Counted from the stretch's first letter, positions 1 to 10,977 are shown. The stretch: 51,263 nt of DNA from an uncultured Clostridia bacterium (GCA_944392515.1 CALXWV010000004.1:1-51263); one strand, 5' to 3'. Numbers and translations are program-made. The notes: a model not told the origin generated them from the letters alone.

Positions 1-600
1 GATAACACCTGCAGGTACTCCTGCTTCTAGCATTAATTTTACATATTCTGTAAGTGTTAATGGGTTATAATTAGATGGTTTTACAATTATGCTATTTCCC
101 ATTAAAAGTGCAGGTGGTACTTTTTGACAAAATAGGTCACTTGGGAAGTTAAATGGTAGTATTGCAACAACAACACCTATTGGTTGTCTTACAGTTATTT
201 GCATGCATTTTTCTTGACCAGCTTCTTGTCCTGCTGGTATTGATTCATTATATAAATGTTTTGCTCTTTCTACAAATGCAGTAGCACCTATTTTTACATT
301 TGCAATTTCTGCAATTGCTTCTTTTATAGGTTTTCCTGTTTCAGCTGATAATAATTTAGCAAGTTTATCTTTATCTCTTTCAACTAAAGAAATAAATTTA
401 TATATTTTATCTGCTCTTTCATGAAGTGGAATCTCAAGCCATTTCTTTTGTTCATCTTGGGCTACTTTTACAGCTTCATTTACATCTTCTATTGAACAGT
501 TTGGAACTGTATCAATAAGTTCACCAGTTGCTGGATTTGTAACTTCAATTATGTTTCCATCACTAGCATCTTTCCACTCATAACCAATTAAATTTTTCAT
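1..600 (-). CDS. Aldehyde dehydrogenase family protein, N-terminal part (runs off window start)
   Basis: Manual translation from ATG at 600: MKNLIGYEWKDASDGNIIEVTNPATGELIDTVP...LSAETGKPIKEA...RQPIGVVVAILPFNFP...GNSIIVKPS; typical ALDH motifs; GAGGAAGGA SD upstream. Confidence 0.9.
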   Translation of the reverse strand, partial: MKNLIGYEWKDASDGNIIEVTNPATGELIDTVPNCSIEDVNEAVKVAQDEQKKWLEIPLHERADKIYKFISLVERDKDKLAKLLSAETGKPIKEAIAEIANVKIGATAFVERAKHLYNESIPAGQEAGQEKCMQITVRQPIGVVVAILPFNFPSDLFCQKVPPALLMGNSIIVKPSNYNPLTLTEYVKLMLEAGVPAGVI

Positions 601-687
601 TCCTATTTTCTTTCCTTCCTCACTTTTTTTCAAAGTGCTTATCATTTTATAATCGTATGATTCTTTACTAGGGTCTTCCCCTTCTCT

Positions 688-1854
688 TCATTTAGCAAAA
701 GCTGTAAATGAAAGCATTAAACCTCCACAAGTATTTGCTCCATGTTCTTTTGAACCATATTCACCAAATGTAAATATTGTAATGAATGGTACTCCTTTTG
801 CTTCTTTCTTAAGTTGTTTTGTAACTTCATCTATTCTATCACCAATGCCAAGTCTTCTTCCTCCACAATGAACTAATAGATATGCACCCACATCTTGTCC
901 CATATCTTTATTTAATTCTTTCATTGTATCTCCTGTTGATTTTATTAACTCATCAACACTTGCTTGCATTTGAATGACTGCTGTATTTAATGCTAAATGA
1001 TTTCCAACATTTATAGAATAATCTTTATTTCCTGCCATTGGATGACGAATTGCAACTAAATCTCCTAATCTATCTTTTACTCCAAGAGGTTCTGTAACTG
1101 ATTGAAGTAAAAGTTTAGCTCCTTCAATATCTTTTAATTTTTTGCCTGTCCAAGTTGCATATTTTTTAAGTGCTGGGACGCCGTCTATTTCAACTAAAGT
1201 TCTTTTTCCTTTTAATTTTGTAACAATACCAGCGTTTCCTGTTTCATGATATGCTCCTGTATATACATTAGACATCTTTTTGTCTGTATAGAAAAATGCA
1301 ACTGCAACACCATCTGAGAATACAGAGTTTCCTGTAAATATACTCCATTTTCCTTCTACAGTATTATCTGCTGCGCTACCACCAAAGAATGGTACTCTTC
1401 CTATTACATCTTCAATTCCTTTTAGATAATCTTCTTCTTCTCCAGGTGATGCAACCATATAGAAATATTCTGGTGCGAAGTCTAATCCTGCATTTTTCAT
1501 AGCTTCCATTGCTACTAATTTTCCTGTTTCTCTAGCTGTTTTTTGTTTTTTGTATCCTGCAACACCTACTGTTGTATTAGGATCGCCTATTGTAAGCATT
1601 CCTACGAATCCGTTTTCTGATGAAATAAATCCATCTGGTACAATAATTCCTGCACTAGAAGTACAACCAATTATTGGTGCTGTACCAAGTTCAGCTTTTG
1701 CTCCTTCTAATACTTTTTCTACATTATTATCTACAGATGTATATAAAAATGCAACTTTTGTTTGCATTAAATCTTTAACTGCTTTTTTTGCAGTTTCTTG
1801 TCCTGCTTTGTAACTGTCTTTATTTGTGCTCCATGCGACATTTGATTTTAGCAT
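688..1854 (-). CDS. Stand-alone FIST (FIST_N + FIST_C) domain protein
   Basis: IIGCTSSAG, FFGGSAAD, HCGGRR and FTFGEYG motifs typical of FIST domains; AGGAGG SD. Confidence 0.8.
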   Translation of the reverse strand: MLKSNVAWSTNKDSYKAGQETAKKAVKDLMQTKVAFLYTSVDNNVEKVLEGAKAELGTAPIIGCTSSAGIIVPDGFISSENGFVGMLTIGDPNTTVGVAGYKKQKTARETGKLVAMEAMKNAGLDFAPEYFYMVASPGEEEDYLKGIEDVIGRVPFFGGSAADNTVEGKWSIFTGNSVFSDGVAVAFFYTDKKMSNVYTGAYHETGNAGIVTKLKGKRTLVEIDGVPALKKYATWTGKKLKDIEGAKLLLQSVTEPLGVKDRLGDLVAIRHPMAGNKDYSINVGNHLALNTAVIQMQASVDELIKSTGDTMKELNKDMGQDVGAYLLVHCGGRRLGIGDRIDEVTKQLKKEAKGVPFITIFTFGEYGSKEHGANTCGGLMLSFTAFAK

Positions 1855-1974
1855 AAATAGTTCCTCCTTTGTTATTTTTTCTTACATTATATTTTAAAAT
1901 AATCTTTTTTTCAACATTTTTCATATTACATTTTTGTAACACTTTATTTTTTTGTTGATTTTCAAATAAAATAT

Positions 1975-2022
1975 AAATAGACTATTAACAAATAATATTA
2001 AAACTTTGCTAATAGTCTATTT
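1975..2022 (-). terminator. Intrinsic terminator/hairpin after gap
   Basis: Inverted repeat AAATAGACTATTA...TAATAGTCTATTT. Confidence 0.6.
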
Positions 2023-2037
2023 AATTAAATTATATAA

Positions 2038-3063
<1,026 letters not shown>

Positions 3064-3197
3064 TTAAAATTAAAGTACCCTTTTTTATTTACTTTATTCA
3101 TATTTTTTATATGTAAAAATTTTACTTTTGGGCAAGCCTATTTTATAACAAAAAAGAACACATTTCAAGTGTTCTTTTGAATTTGTTTATTATTTTA

Positions 3198-3446
3198 TTA
3201 TAAAGATACTTTTACATCTTGAGAATCTTCATTTCTGTAACTATTTGGTCTTAAGTGGAAACCTTTATCAAAATAAATTTCTTGTGTCCAAAAATCACGA
3301 ACTTCTTTAAATACTTGTTCTTGCTTTGGTGATAATTCTACAACTATTTCTTGGAATATATAATTTTTAAAATTAGTCCAAGGGCTTAGTTTTGCTGGAA
3401 CCTGTGTATATACTGAAGAATTTTTTTCATTTTCATTATTTTCCAT
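3198..3446 (-). CDS. Small hypothetical protein (82 aa)
   Basis: ORF with AGGAGG SD before ATG at 3446, upstream TTGCTA-17-TATATT, downstream hairpin 3151-3178. Confidence 0.65.
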   Translation of the reverse strand: MENNENEKNSSVYTQVPAKLSPWTNFKNYIFQEIVVELSPKQEQVFKEVRDFWTQEIYFDKGFHLRPNSYRNEDSQDVKVSL

Positions 3447-3618
3447 GTTTTTCTCCTCCTTTGTTACTCTATTCATAGTATATACTAAATATACTACAAC
3501 TATTTAAAATTAGCAAGTAATTTTTTTATTTTTTATATTACATTTTTGTTACAAAATTGTATTTTATTTATTTTTTATGATATTATAATTATATAAATAA
3601 AAAGTAAGGAGTGATTTT

Positions 3619-4329
3619 ATGACACCACATAATGAAGCTAAAAAAGAAGATATTGCAGATATCGTTTTAATGCCTGGAGATCCTTTAAGAGCAAAATATA
3701 TTGCTGAAAATTATTTAGAGGATTATAAACTAATTAATTCAGTTAGAAATATGCTTGGATATACAGGATTCTATAAAGGTAAAAGACTAACAGTTTTTGC
3801 ATCTGGTATGGGAATGCCAAGTATGGGAATATATGCTTACGAACTATATAAATTTTATGATGTAAAGTCAATTATAAGACTTGGTTCTTGTGGAGCTTAT
3901 TCTCCAGAACTTAACATATTTGACACATTACTTGTTAACACAAGTTATACTGAAGGAAATTTTGCTTTTGGTCTAGAAGGAGCAGATTGTCATAAAGCTT
4001 TTGCAGATAAAGAATTGAATTTAGCTTTAGAAAATAAAGCTAAAGAACTCGGTATTAATTTAATTAATGGAGATGTACTTTGTAGTGAAGTTTTTGATTA
4101 TTATGTTAAAGATTTAAATGCTTTAATAAATAGATTTCCTAAAGATATGAATATTATTGGTGCTGAAATGGAATCTTTTGCTTTGTTTTATACAGCAAAA
4201 TATTTGAATAAAAAAGCTGCTTGTTTGCTTACTGTTGTTGACTCGCATTATAAGAAGCAAGAAATATCTGCTGAGGATAGAGAAAAATCTTTAAATACTA
4301 TGATTAAATTAGCTTTAGAATCTTGTTAA
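3619..4329 (+). CDS. deoD: Purine nucleoside phosphorylase (DeoD type)
   Basis: MTPHNEA, VLMPGDPLRAKYIA, GMGMPS, EMES motifs. Confidence 0.95.
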   Translation: MTPHNEAKKEDIADIVLMPGDPLRAKYIAENYLEDYKLINSVRNMLGYTGFYKGKRLTVFASGMGMPSMGIYAYELYKFYDVKSIIRLGSCGAYSPELNIFDTLLVNTSYTEGNFAFGLEGADCHKAFADKELNLALENKAKELGINLINGDVLCSEVFDYYVKDLNALINRFPKDMNIIGAEMESFALFYTAKYLNKKAACLLTVVDSHYKKQEISAEDREKSLNTMIKLALESC

Positions 4330-4440
4330 ACTAAAAGTGCAATTGTAGGTTTATCTTACAGTTGTATTTTTTATGTTATTTTTTCCAACTTATTTGTATT
4401 TTATTTTTTGTTGTATTTTTAGTATAACTTACTTTAATTT

Positions 4441-4644
4441 TTATACAATATATTTTTCTACTTTGTCTATAGTTATCGAAAGAGCTTCTGCTATTTTTTC
4501 ATTTTCAAATCCCATATTATGCATTTTTCTACTTGTGTTTTTTTCTTTTTCTTTTATTCCTTCTAATCTTCCTAAAGCTCTGCCTTCTGCTTTACCTAAT
4601 TTTCTTTCGTATTCAATGTTCTTCATATAAGTTTCTGATAACAT
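4441..4644 (-). CDS. Small protein resembling the C-terminal domain of Rpn/PD-(D/E)XK nuclease-family proteins
   Basis: GKAEGRALGRLEGIKE repeat followed by MHNMGFENEKIAEALSITIDKVE helix-turn-helix-like tail; AAGGAG SD. Confidence 0.6.
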   Translation of the reverse strand: MLSETYMKNIEYERKLGKAEGRALGRLEGIKEKEKNTSRKMHNMGFENEKIAEALSITIDKVEKYIV

Positions 4645-4744
4645 TTTCTTCTCCTTTTTTCGTATTTAGATTTTAGGTTTCTATAAACCATTATAATATT
4701 CTACTTTTATCATTAATATATTAGTGTTAAAAGTTTATGTCAAC

Positions 4745-4819
4745 AGTATATCATTTTTCCATTTATTGTCAAGATATTTTTAAACTTTTGTCTTAGGAAT
4801 CGTTCGACTATTTTCGACA
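4745..4819 (-). promoter_or_regulatory. sigA-type promoter with tandem Spo0A-like boxes
   Basis: Minus strand TGTCGAA (4813-4819) and AGTCGAA (4803-4809), 10-bp period; TTGACA (4767-4772)-16-TATACT (4745-4750) with TGn extension. Confidence 0.55.
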
Positions 4820-4860
4820 AAATTTGTGTTTTTATAAATTATATTTTAATACAATTAATA

Positions 4861-6267
4861 TCAACTAGCTTTAATTTCTCTAAATTTTACTATTTTAAAA
4901 GAGAACCTAACTAAGTTAGATTCTCTTTCTGAAATAATTATATTTTCTTTGAATTCTGTTTTCCCTAATTCGCCTTCCAGATTATTTTCTTCATTTTTTA
5001 CATCTTCTTTTGTAGTATTATCTATTTCAGGACCAACAATTTCTTCTATTTTCTTTAGCTCAGATTTCATTAAATTATACATTGACTCTGTATACTCACT
5101 GCTACCTGATTCATAATCCTTAATTATTTGTTCAACATCTAAAAGTTCATATCTATCTTTGGAATTCTGGCCATTATCATAAACATATACTGGAGTATAT
5201 GTAGCTTTATCTATTGTTATTTTTCCAGTTTCACCATCTTTTCTTACTTCAACATTTAATATTAAAGTATCTCTTGTATAATTATCTGTTTGAGCAGAGA
5301 AAAAATTTCCCATTGAATAAATTACAAATCCTTCTTTTGTTGTTCCATCATCTAAAGTTACCGTTTTCATTTCCATAGGTTCTGGTACATGAGCATGATT
5401 TCCAAGTATTACATCTGCACCATTTTTTATTAAAAATTCAGCTAAATCTTCTTGCTCTTGAGTTGGCTTTAACCTATATTCTGCACCCCAATGCATGCTA
5501 ACGCAAATAAGCTCTGCTCCTTCTTCTTTTGCTTTATCTAATTGCTGTTTTATTAAATCTTTATCTATTAAATTTACAGAATATTCTTTACCACTGGGTA
5601 TTGGAATACCATTAGTTCCATATGTAAAACATAAAAATGCTGTTTTAATACCATTTAAGTCTTTCATTAAAATAGTATTTTGTTCTTCTTCGCTTCTAGA
5701 TGTTCCAGTATGTGCTATTCCATATTCATCTAAAACATTTAATGTTCTTTCTAATCCTGTATATCCTTTATCTATACAATGATTATTTGCAGTTGTTAAA
5801 ATATCTATTCCTAATTCTTTTAAATCTAAAGCTAATTCATCTGGTGAATTAAAAGTTGGATAACCTGAATATCCTCTATCTTTTCCTGCTAAAGTGGTTT
5901 CTAAATTACCTACTGCAACTGTAGCACTCTCAAAATATTTTTTTATATTTTTAAACATTGGAGAAAAATCATAAGTCCCTGTTTCCTCATTATATGCATC
6001 TTTAAAATTTTGGCTATGGCAAAGAGTATCTCCAATTCCAACTATATTTATTACTGTATCTTCTGGTACTTGCTTTTCTACCTCATTTTGAATTTCATTT
6101 TTTACTTCATTAATAATAATGTTTTCATTATTCTTATAAAAAAAAGAGGATATTGCATTTGGATTATTAACTAGAGCATAAATACATAATGATATTGCAA
6201 TTAATGATATAATTACTATGACTCCTAAAAATACATTTAACTTTCTTATTTTCTTTCTTCTTGCCAT
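4861..6267 (-). CDS. CapA/PgsA family membrane-anchored metallophosphoesterase
   Basis: N-terminal TM, GDTLCH, GNLET, TANNHCID, MHWGAEY, GNHAH, YSMGNF motifs. Confidence 0.88.
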   Translation of the reverse strand: MARRKKIRKLNVFLGVIVIISLIAISLCIYALVNNPNAISSFFYKNNENIIINEVKNEIQNEVEKQVPEDTVINIVGIGDTLCHSQNFKDAYNEETGTYDFSPMFKNIKKYFESATVAVGNLETTLAGKDRGYSGYPTFNSPDELALDLKELGIDILTTANNHCIDKGYTGLERTLNVLDEYGIAHTGTSRSEEEQNTILMKDLNGIKTAFLCFTYGTNGIPIPSGKEYSVNLIDKDLIKQQLDKAKEEGAELICVSMHWGAEYRLKPTQEQEDLAEFLIKNGADVILGNHAHVPEPMEMKTVTLDDGTTKEGFVIYSMGNFFSAQTDNYTRDTLILNVEVRKDGETGKITIDKATYTPVYVYDNGQNSKDRYELLDVEQIIKDYESGSSEYTESMYNLMKSELKKIEEIVGPEIDNTTKEDVKNEENNLEGELGKTEFKENIIISERESNLVRFSFKIVKFREIKAS

Positions 6268-6493
6268 ATAAAGCCTCCCTTTTTTTATTCATTCATACTT
6301 TTTAATTAATTTTTATATAAAGATTGTCCCTTATTTTTAAGAAAAAGTCAATACATTGTAGTTAATTATTATATTTTACTTTTACAATTAAACTTTATTT
6401 CAATCAAATAAAAATAAGAGCCATTATTATTAATACTTTTAATTAAACATAATAGTTTAACATTTATATTAATAAATAATGACTTTATATATT

Positions 6494-7042
6494 TTAAATT
6501 TCCATTTGACTTCCTAAAAATGTAGCTGCTACTGATGCAACTTCTTCTTCAGTTTTTTCCATTTTTGTATTAGCATCTTTGCTAATTAAAGCAACACTTC
6601 CTATAACATCACCATCAGAAATGATTGGGCAAATAACTTGTGGCTTTATTTCTTTATCTTTATTTCCTTTTTCAGTAATATATACTGAGTTAGTTCCCTC
6701 TCCTACAAATTTTTGTCTTGTATTAAATATTTTTTCTAAATCAGTACTAATTTTTTGCTCTAATAAGTCTTTTTTGCTTGTTCCTGCTACAGCTATAACT
6801 GTATCTCTATCAGTTATAATACTTATATGACCTGTAATTTTATTTAAGCTTTCAACATATTCTGTGGCAAAATTTGAAAGTTCTCCTATTGGAGAATATT
6901 TTTTTAAAATAATATCTCCATCTTTTTCAGTAAATATCTCTAGTGGATCTCCTTCTTTTATCCTTAATGTTCTTCTTATTTCTTTTGGAATAACTATTCT
7001 TCCTAAATCATCTATTCTTCTAACAACTCCAGTGGCTTTCAT
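6494..7042 (-). CDS. spoVT: Stage V sporulation protein T (AbrB N-domain + GAF)
   Basis: MKATGVVRRIDDLGRIVIPKEIRRTLRI...LKKYSPIGEL and C-terminal GAF with PIISDGDVIG. Confidence 0.95.
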   Translation of the reverse strand: MKATGVVRRIDDLGRIVIPKEIRRTLRIKEGDPLEIFTEKDGDIILKKYSPIGELSNFATEYVESLNKITGHISIITDRDTVIAVAGTSKKDLLEQKISTDLEKIFNTRQKFVGEGTNSVYITEKGNKDKEIKPQVICPIISDGDVIGSVALISKDANTKMEKTEEEVASVAATFLGSQMEI

Positions 7043-7113
7043 TTACAAATCTTCCTTTCTTTGAATAAATATACTATATGTGTAAAATTTTCACTAAATT
7101 TTCCTTATATTGC

Positions 7114-7142
7114 TATTATGTTCAAAGAAAAAATTTTTATGC
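7114..7142 (-). promoter_or_regulatory. sigG-type promoter of spoVT
   Basis: Minus strand GCATA-17-CATAATA matches the forespore sigG consensus; spoVT is sigG-dependent in B. subtilis. Confidence 0.6.
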
Positions 7143-7260
7143 AGTATTTTCAAATTTAAATCTAATCTTTTATTAATTTTAATGATTATGAATTTCTTAT
7201 TTACTGTTTAATTCAATTTATTTTTTATAGAATTTACTTTTTCAATTAACTTTAAGCACT

Positions 7261-7315
7261 TTTTGTCGAATTTTGTCGAAAATAACTTGACATATATAAA
7301 TCTTAAGTATACTAT
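7261..7315 (+). promoter_or_regulatory. Tandem Spo0A boxes plus sigA promoter
   Basis: Perfect tandem TTTTGTCGAA x2 (7261-7280); TTGACA (7287-7292)-17-TACTAT (7310-7315). Confidence 0.6.
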
Positions 7316-7376
7316 TTATTTAAGCAATTTTTTTCCGAAGGGTAGTTGCCCTTCTACAAGTGAAAAGGAGATAATT

Positions 7377-7718
7377 ATGAGTAGCAACTTTTTCCAAAAC
7401 CATTTTCGCATTTGGCGGGATTCTGACAATGGTTCTTTAAACTTCATGATTATCCAAGAAGGCAAGGGCTGTGTCAAGCATCCTTATTCTGCATCAAAAG
7501 AAGATGTGTTCGACTTTATGATGCCATATATCTATGAGCTGGCCTACCATGAGGCTTACGGCAAGCCTTATTCTAAGGAGTATCATGATGCCGTAACTTT
7601 CAAAAATTCTCTTGAAGGTTGGCTTCAAAGTCACATTGGACACGGAGATATGACCCTAACCGAAGCCCGTCTCATCTTGAGCGAGCTTTATCTACCCACA
7701 ACCGCTTTTTCTATCTAA
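7377..7718 (+). CDS. Hypothetical orphan protein (113 aa), GC-richer than flanks
   Basis: AAAGGAG SD before ATG at 7377; own promoter and terminator (7762-7806). Confidence 0.7.
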   Translation: MSSNFFQNHFRIWRDSDNGSLNFMIIQEGKGCVKHPYSASKEDVFDFMMPYIYELAYHEAYGKPYSKEYHDAVTFKNSLEGWLQSHIGHGDMTLTEARLILSELYLPTTAFSI

Positions 7719-7841
7719 TCTGCTTTTGTGGATTATACAAAAACTTAGCATAACAGCTAATAAAAGTAAGTTGAAGCCTCTTAAAAAGTGGCTCCGACTT
7801 ACTTTTATTTTAATATTAGATTAAATCATTCTTAATATTTT

Positions 7842-9410
7842 TTATTGTTTCATCATATTTTTAATAGCTTCTACTTCCTCTTCTTCCTTTAATCTCATAA
7901 AAATTGGTTCACCTTTTTCAATAACTTTTATATTCTTTATATTTTTATATTCTTTTAAAGTGTCCCAATTTACATTACTGCCCATTCCTAGTTGTCTTAA
8001 CATATTATCTGATGTATCTTTCATTAGTGGTCTTATTAAAATTGCAATTTCTCTTAAATTTGCAACTAAGTGATAAATACAAGATTTAAGTTTTTCTATA
8101 TTCTCTTCATCTTTAGCTAAAGCCCAAGGTGATGTTTCATCAATGTATTTATTTGTTCTTGAAATATAATTCCATACTTCTTTTAAGCTATTTGCAAATT
8201 CAAAATTATTTATTTCACGATTATAACTTTCTATTACATCCTTTGATGCTTTTTCTAAATCTTCATCAACATCATTTTTGATTCCATTATATTCTGGAAC
8301 CTTACCTTCAAAATATTTATTAACCATAGATATAGTTCTATTTAATAGATTACTTAAATCATTACATAAATCATAATTGTATCTTTGTACAAATTCTTCT
8401 GGTGAAAATAAACCATCTTGTGATGAAGGTACTTCTCTAATTAAGAAATATTTAGTAGCATCTAGACCATATCTTTCAATTAGTTGTTCTGGATAAATTA
8501 CATTTCCTTTAGATTTACTCATTTTACCATCTTTCATCATAATCCAGTTGTGTACAAATATTGTTTTAGGAAGTGGCAAATCTAGTGCCATTAAGAATAT
8601 TGGCCAATAAATTAAATGGAATCTAGCAATATCTTTTCCAACTATATGAAGGTCTGCTGGCCAGTATTTCTTAAACATACTATCATCATCAGATAAATAT
8701 CCTAGAGCTGTTATATAGTTAGTTAGTGCATCAAGCCATACATATATAACATGTTTTGGATCACTCTTAACTTTTATTCCCCAATCAAAAGAAGTTCTTG
8801 TAACACATAAATCTTCTAAACCTAGTTTTATAAAGTTATTAATCATCTCTGTTTTTCTATATTCTGGTTTTATAAAGTCTGGATGAGAATTATAAAATTC
8901 TAAAAGTCTATCTGCATATTTTTTCATATTAAAAAAATATGCTTCTTCTTTCATCTTTTTAACTTCTCTTCCACAATCTGGGCACTTGCCATCTACTAAT
9001 TGTGTTTCAGTAAAATATGATTCACAAGGCTTGCAGTACCAACCTTCATATTCTCCTTTATATATGTCACCTTGTTTTAAAAATCTTTCAAATATTTCTT
9101 GAACAGCTCTTTCATGATATTCATCAGTTGTTCTCATAAATATATCATTATCTATTTTCATTGTTTTCCATAATTTTTTAGCTGCATCTGCTTGAATATC
9201 TACATATTCTTTAGGAGACATATTAGCTTCTTTTGCCTTATCTTCTATTTTTTGTCCATGTTCATCCACACCAGTTAACATTAATGAGTCATATCCTTGC
9301 ATTACTTTTAGCCTCTTTAACATATCTGCTAAAACAGTAGTATACGCTGTTCCAATATGAAATTTTCCACTTGGATAATAAATTGGTGTTGTTACATAAT
9401 ATTTGCTCAT
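7842..9410 (-). CDS. metG: Methionyl-tRNA synthetase (short form lacking C-terminal tRNA-binding appendix)
   Basis: [12 protein letters not shown] (HIGH-like), zinc knuckle CKPCE/CPDCG, YVWLDAL, KMSKS. Confidence 0.97.
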   Translation of the reverse strand: MSKYYVTTPIYYPSGKFHIGTAYTTVLADMLKRLKVMQGYDSLMLTGVDEHGQKIEDKAKEANMSPKEYVDIQADAAKKLWKTMKIDNDIFMRTTDEYHERAVQEIFERFLKQGDIYKGEYEGWYCKPCESYFTETQLVDGKCPDCGREVKKMKEEAYFFNMKKYADRLLEFYNSHPDFIKPEYRKTEMINNFIKLGLEDLCVTRTSFDWGIKVKSDPKHVIYVWLDALTNYITALGYLSDDDSMFKKYWPADLHIVGKDIARFHLIYWPIFLMALDLPLPKTIFVHNWIMMKDGKMSKSKGNVIYPEQLIERYGLDATKYFLIREVPSSQDGLFSPEEFVQRYNYDLCNDLSNLLNRTISMVNKYFEGKVPEYNGIKNDVDEDLEKASKDVIESYNREINNFEFANSLKEVWNYISRTNKYIDETSPWALAKDEENIEKLKSCIYHLVANLREIAILIRPLMKDTSDNMLRQLGMGSNVNWDTLKEYKNIKNIKVIEKGEPIFMRLKEEEEVEAIKNMMKQ

Positions 9411-9679
9411 ATTTTCTCCTCCTATTTTTAATCTTTATTCATATAACTTTAATTTATATGAATACTAATAAGAGTATTATATCACATAAAGTAATTAAAT
9501 TCCATAATTATATAAATATATTTTGTATTATATTTTAGCAAAAGTATAGTAAGTTGTCATAAAATTTCTGCCTCAGATATTTTTTAACCCACTTTTATCA
9601 TCATCTTTTTTGCTAAATAGCTATTATTTATTTTTCAAGTTCTTTCTTGTTTTTATATTATTAATTGAAAGAGAAACAT

Positions 9680-10867
9680 TTACTTATTTGATAACCAATC
9701 TAAAACATTCATCTTTTTTATTCCATTATAATCAGCTACTGGATCTATATCCATTGTTAGTATATATTTAGGATAATGGTCATTTACCTCTTGCAATGGC
9801 TCTAACTCCCTTTCTAGTGTTGCCTTTTCCCTTGTTGTATATGCTACTTGAAAATAAGTAAATCCTTCTTTATTCTCTGCTACAAAATTCACTTCCTTTT
9901 CTCCTGTTTTTCCAACATATACTTTATAACCTCTTCTTATAAGCTCAAGATATACTATATTTTCCAATATATGTCCTGCATCAATATTTCTTCTACCTAA
10001 TAAAGCATATCTCATAGTTACATCAGTTGCATAATACTTTTCTCCTGATTGTAAATATTGTTTTCCCTTTACATCAAATCTTGAAACCTTATTAAATATA
10101 TAGCTTTCAACTAATGCATCAACATAACTTTCAACTGTATGAACAGATATAGGTCTACCATCTGAAGTTAACGTATCTGCTATTTTCTTTATTGATAAAC
10201 AATTTCCAATATTGTTAAACATAAATTTGGCAACTGTTCTAATCATTGATATATTAGATATTTTCTTTTTTTGTGCTACATCTTTTAAAATTATAGTATT
10301 ATATAAAGCATCTAAATAATCATCTACTTCTCCCTCATCATCTAAATTTAAAGCATATGGAAATGAACTTCGATTTATATAATTTAAATATATTTTTTCG
10401 TCTGCCTCTTTTTTATAATAATTTATATATTCTTCAAATGATAATGGATACATTTTTATTTCTATGTATCTTCCAGTTAATAATGTTGCTAATTCTCCAG
10501 ATAATAAATAAGCATTAGAGCCTGTTATATATACATCTACATTTTTTATAATATAAAGTCCATCAACCGCTTTTTGAAATTCTGGAACATTTTGAACTTC
10601 ATCTAAAAATACATAATATTGCTTATTATCTTTTATTTGTTCTTTTACAAATTTATATAGCTCTTTATAAGTATTAAATTCATTATCTGGATTTTCAAGA
10701 TTTATTGATATTATATGATTATTTTCTATTCCTATGTTTTTTAAATAATCAATATATAGTTCAAATAAGGTTGATTTTCCACATCTTCTAATTCCTGTTA
10801 CAACTTTTATTAAATCCTTGTCTTTCCATTTTTTTAATTTTTCTAAATAATCTTTTCTTTCTATCAT
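9680..10867 (-). CDS. AAA_14 ATPase with DUF4143-type C-terminal domain
   Basis: GIRRCGKS Walker A, FLDEVQ Walker B, ITGSNA, LENIVYLEL, EVNF...QV. Confidence 0.88.
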   Translation of the reverse strand: MIERKDYLEKLKKWKDKDLIKVVTGIRRCGKSTLFELYIDYLKNIGIENNHIISINLENPDNEFNTYKELYKFVKEQIKDNKQYYVFLDEVQNVPEFQKAVDGLYIIKNVDVYITGSNAYLLSGELATLLTGRYIEIKMYPLSFEEYINYYKKEADEKIYLNYINRSSFPYALNLDDEGEVDDYLDALYNTIILKDVAQKKKISNISMIRTVAKFMFNNIGNCLSIKKIADTLTSDGRPISVHTVESYVDALVESYIFNKVSRFDVKGKQYLQSGEKYYATDVTMRYALLGRRNIDAGHILENIVYLELIRRGYKVYVGKTGEKEVNFVAENKEGFTYFQVAYTTREKATLERELEPLQEVNDHYPKYILTMDIDPVADYNGIKKMNVLDWLSNK

Positions 10868-10930
10868 ATTTAAAATTATTCCTTTCTTATATATAAGTAT
10901 AACCTAAAAGAGTTAAATTATTTCATTACC

Positions 10931-10977
10931 ATTATACTATATTTTCAAATAATTTGCAACAGATTGCAAATTATTTG
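10931..10977 (-). promoter_or_regulatory. Promoter of AAA ATPase overlapped by 14-bp inverted repeat operator
   Basis: TTGCAA-17-TATAAT on minus strand; CAAATAATTTGCAA-caga-TTGCAAATTATTTG at 10946-10977. Confidence 0.6.

Noticed and set aside
4441-4644. Active transposase or IS element
   Set aside because: No catalytic domain, terminal inverted repeats or target duplication
7261-7280. Tandem 10-mer as CRISPR or iteron repeat
   Set aside because: Only two adjacent copies with no spacers; matches Spo0A box; no cas or rep gene
9411-9680. T-box riboswitch before metG (also checked lysS and asnS leaders)
   Set aside because: No T-box consensus (AAGGTGGTACC-like) or specifier stem; a -10 box lies close to the gene
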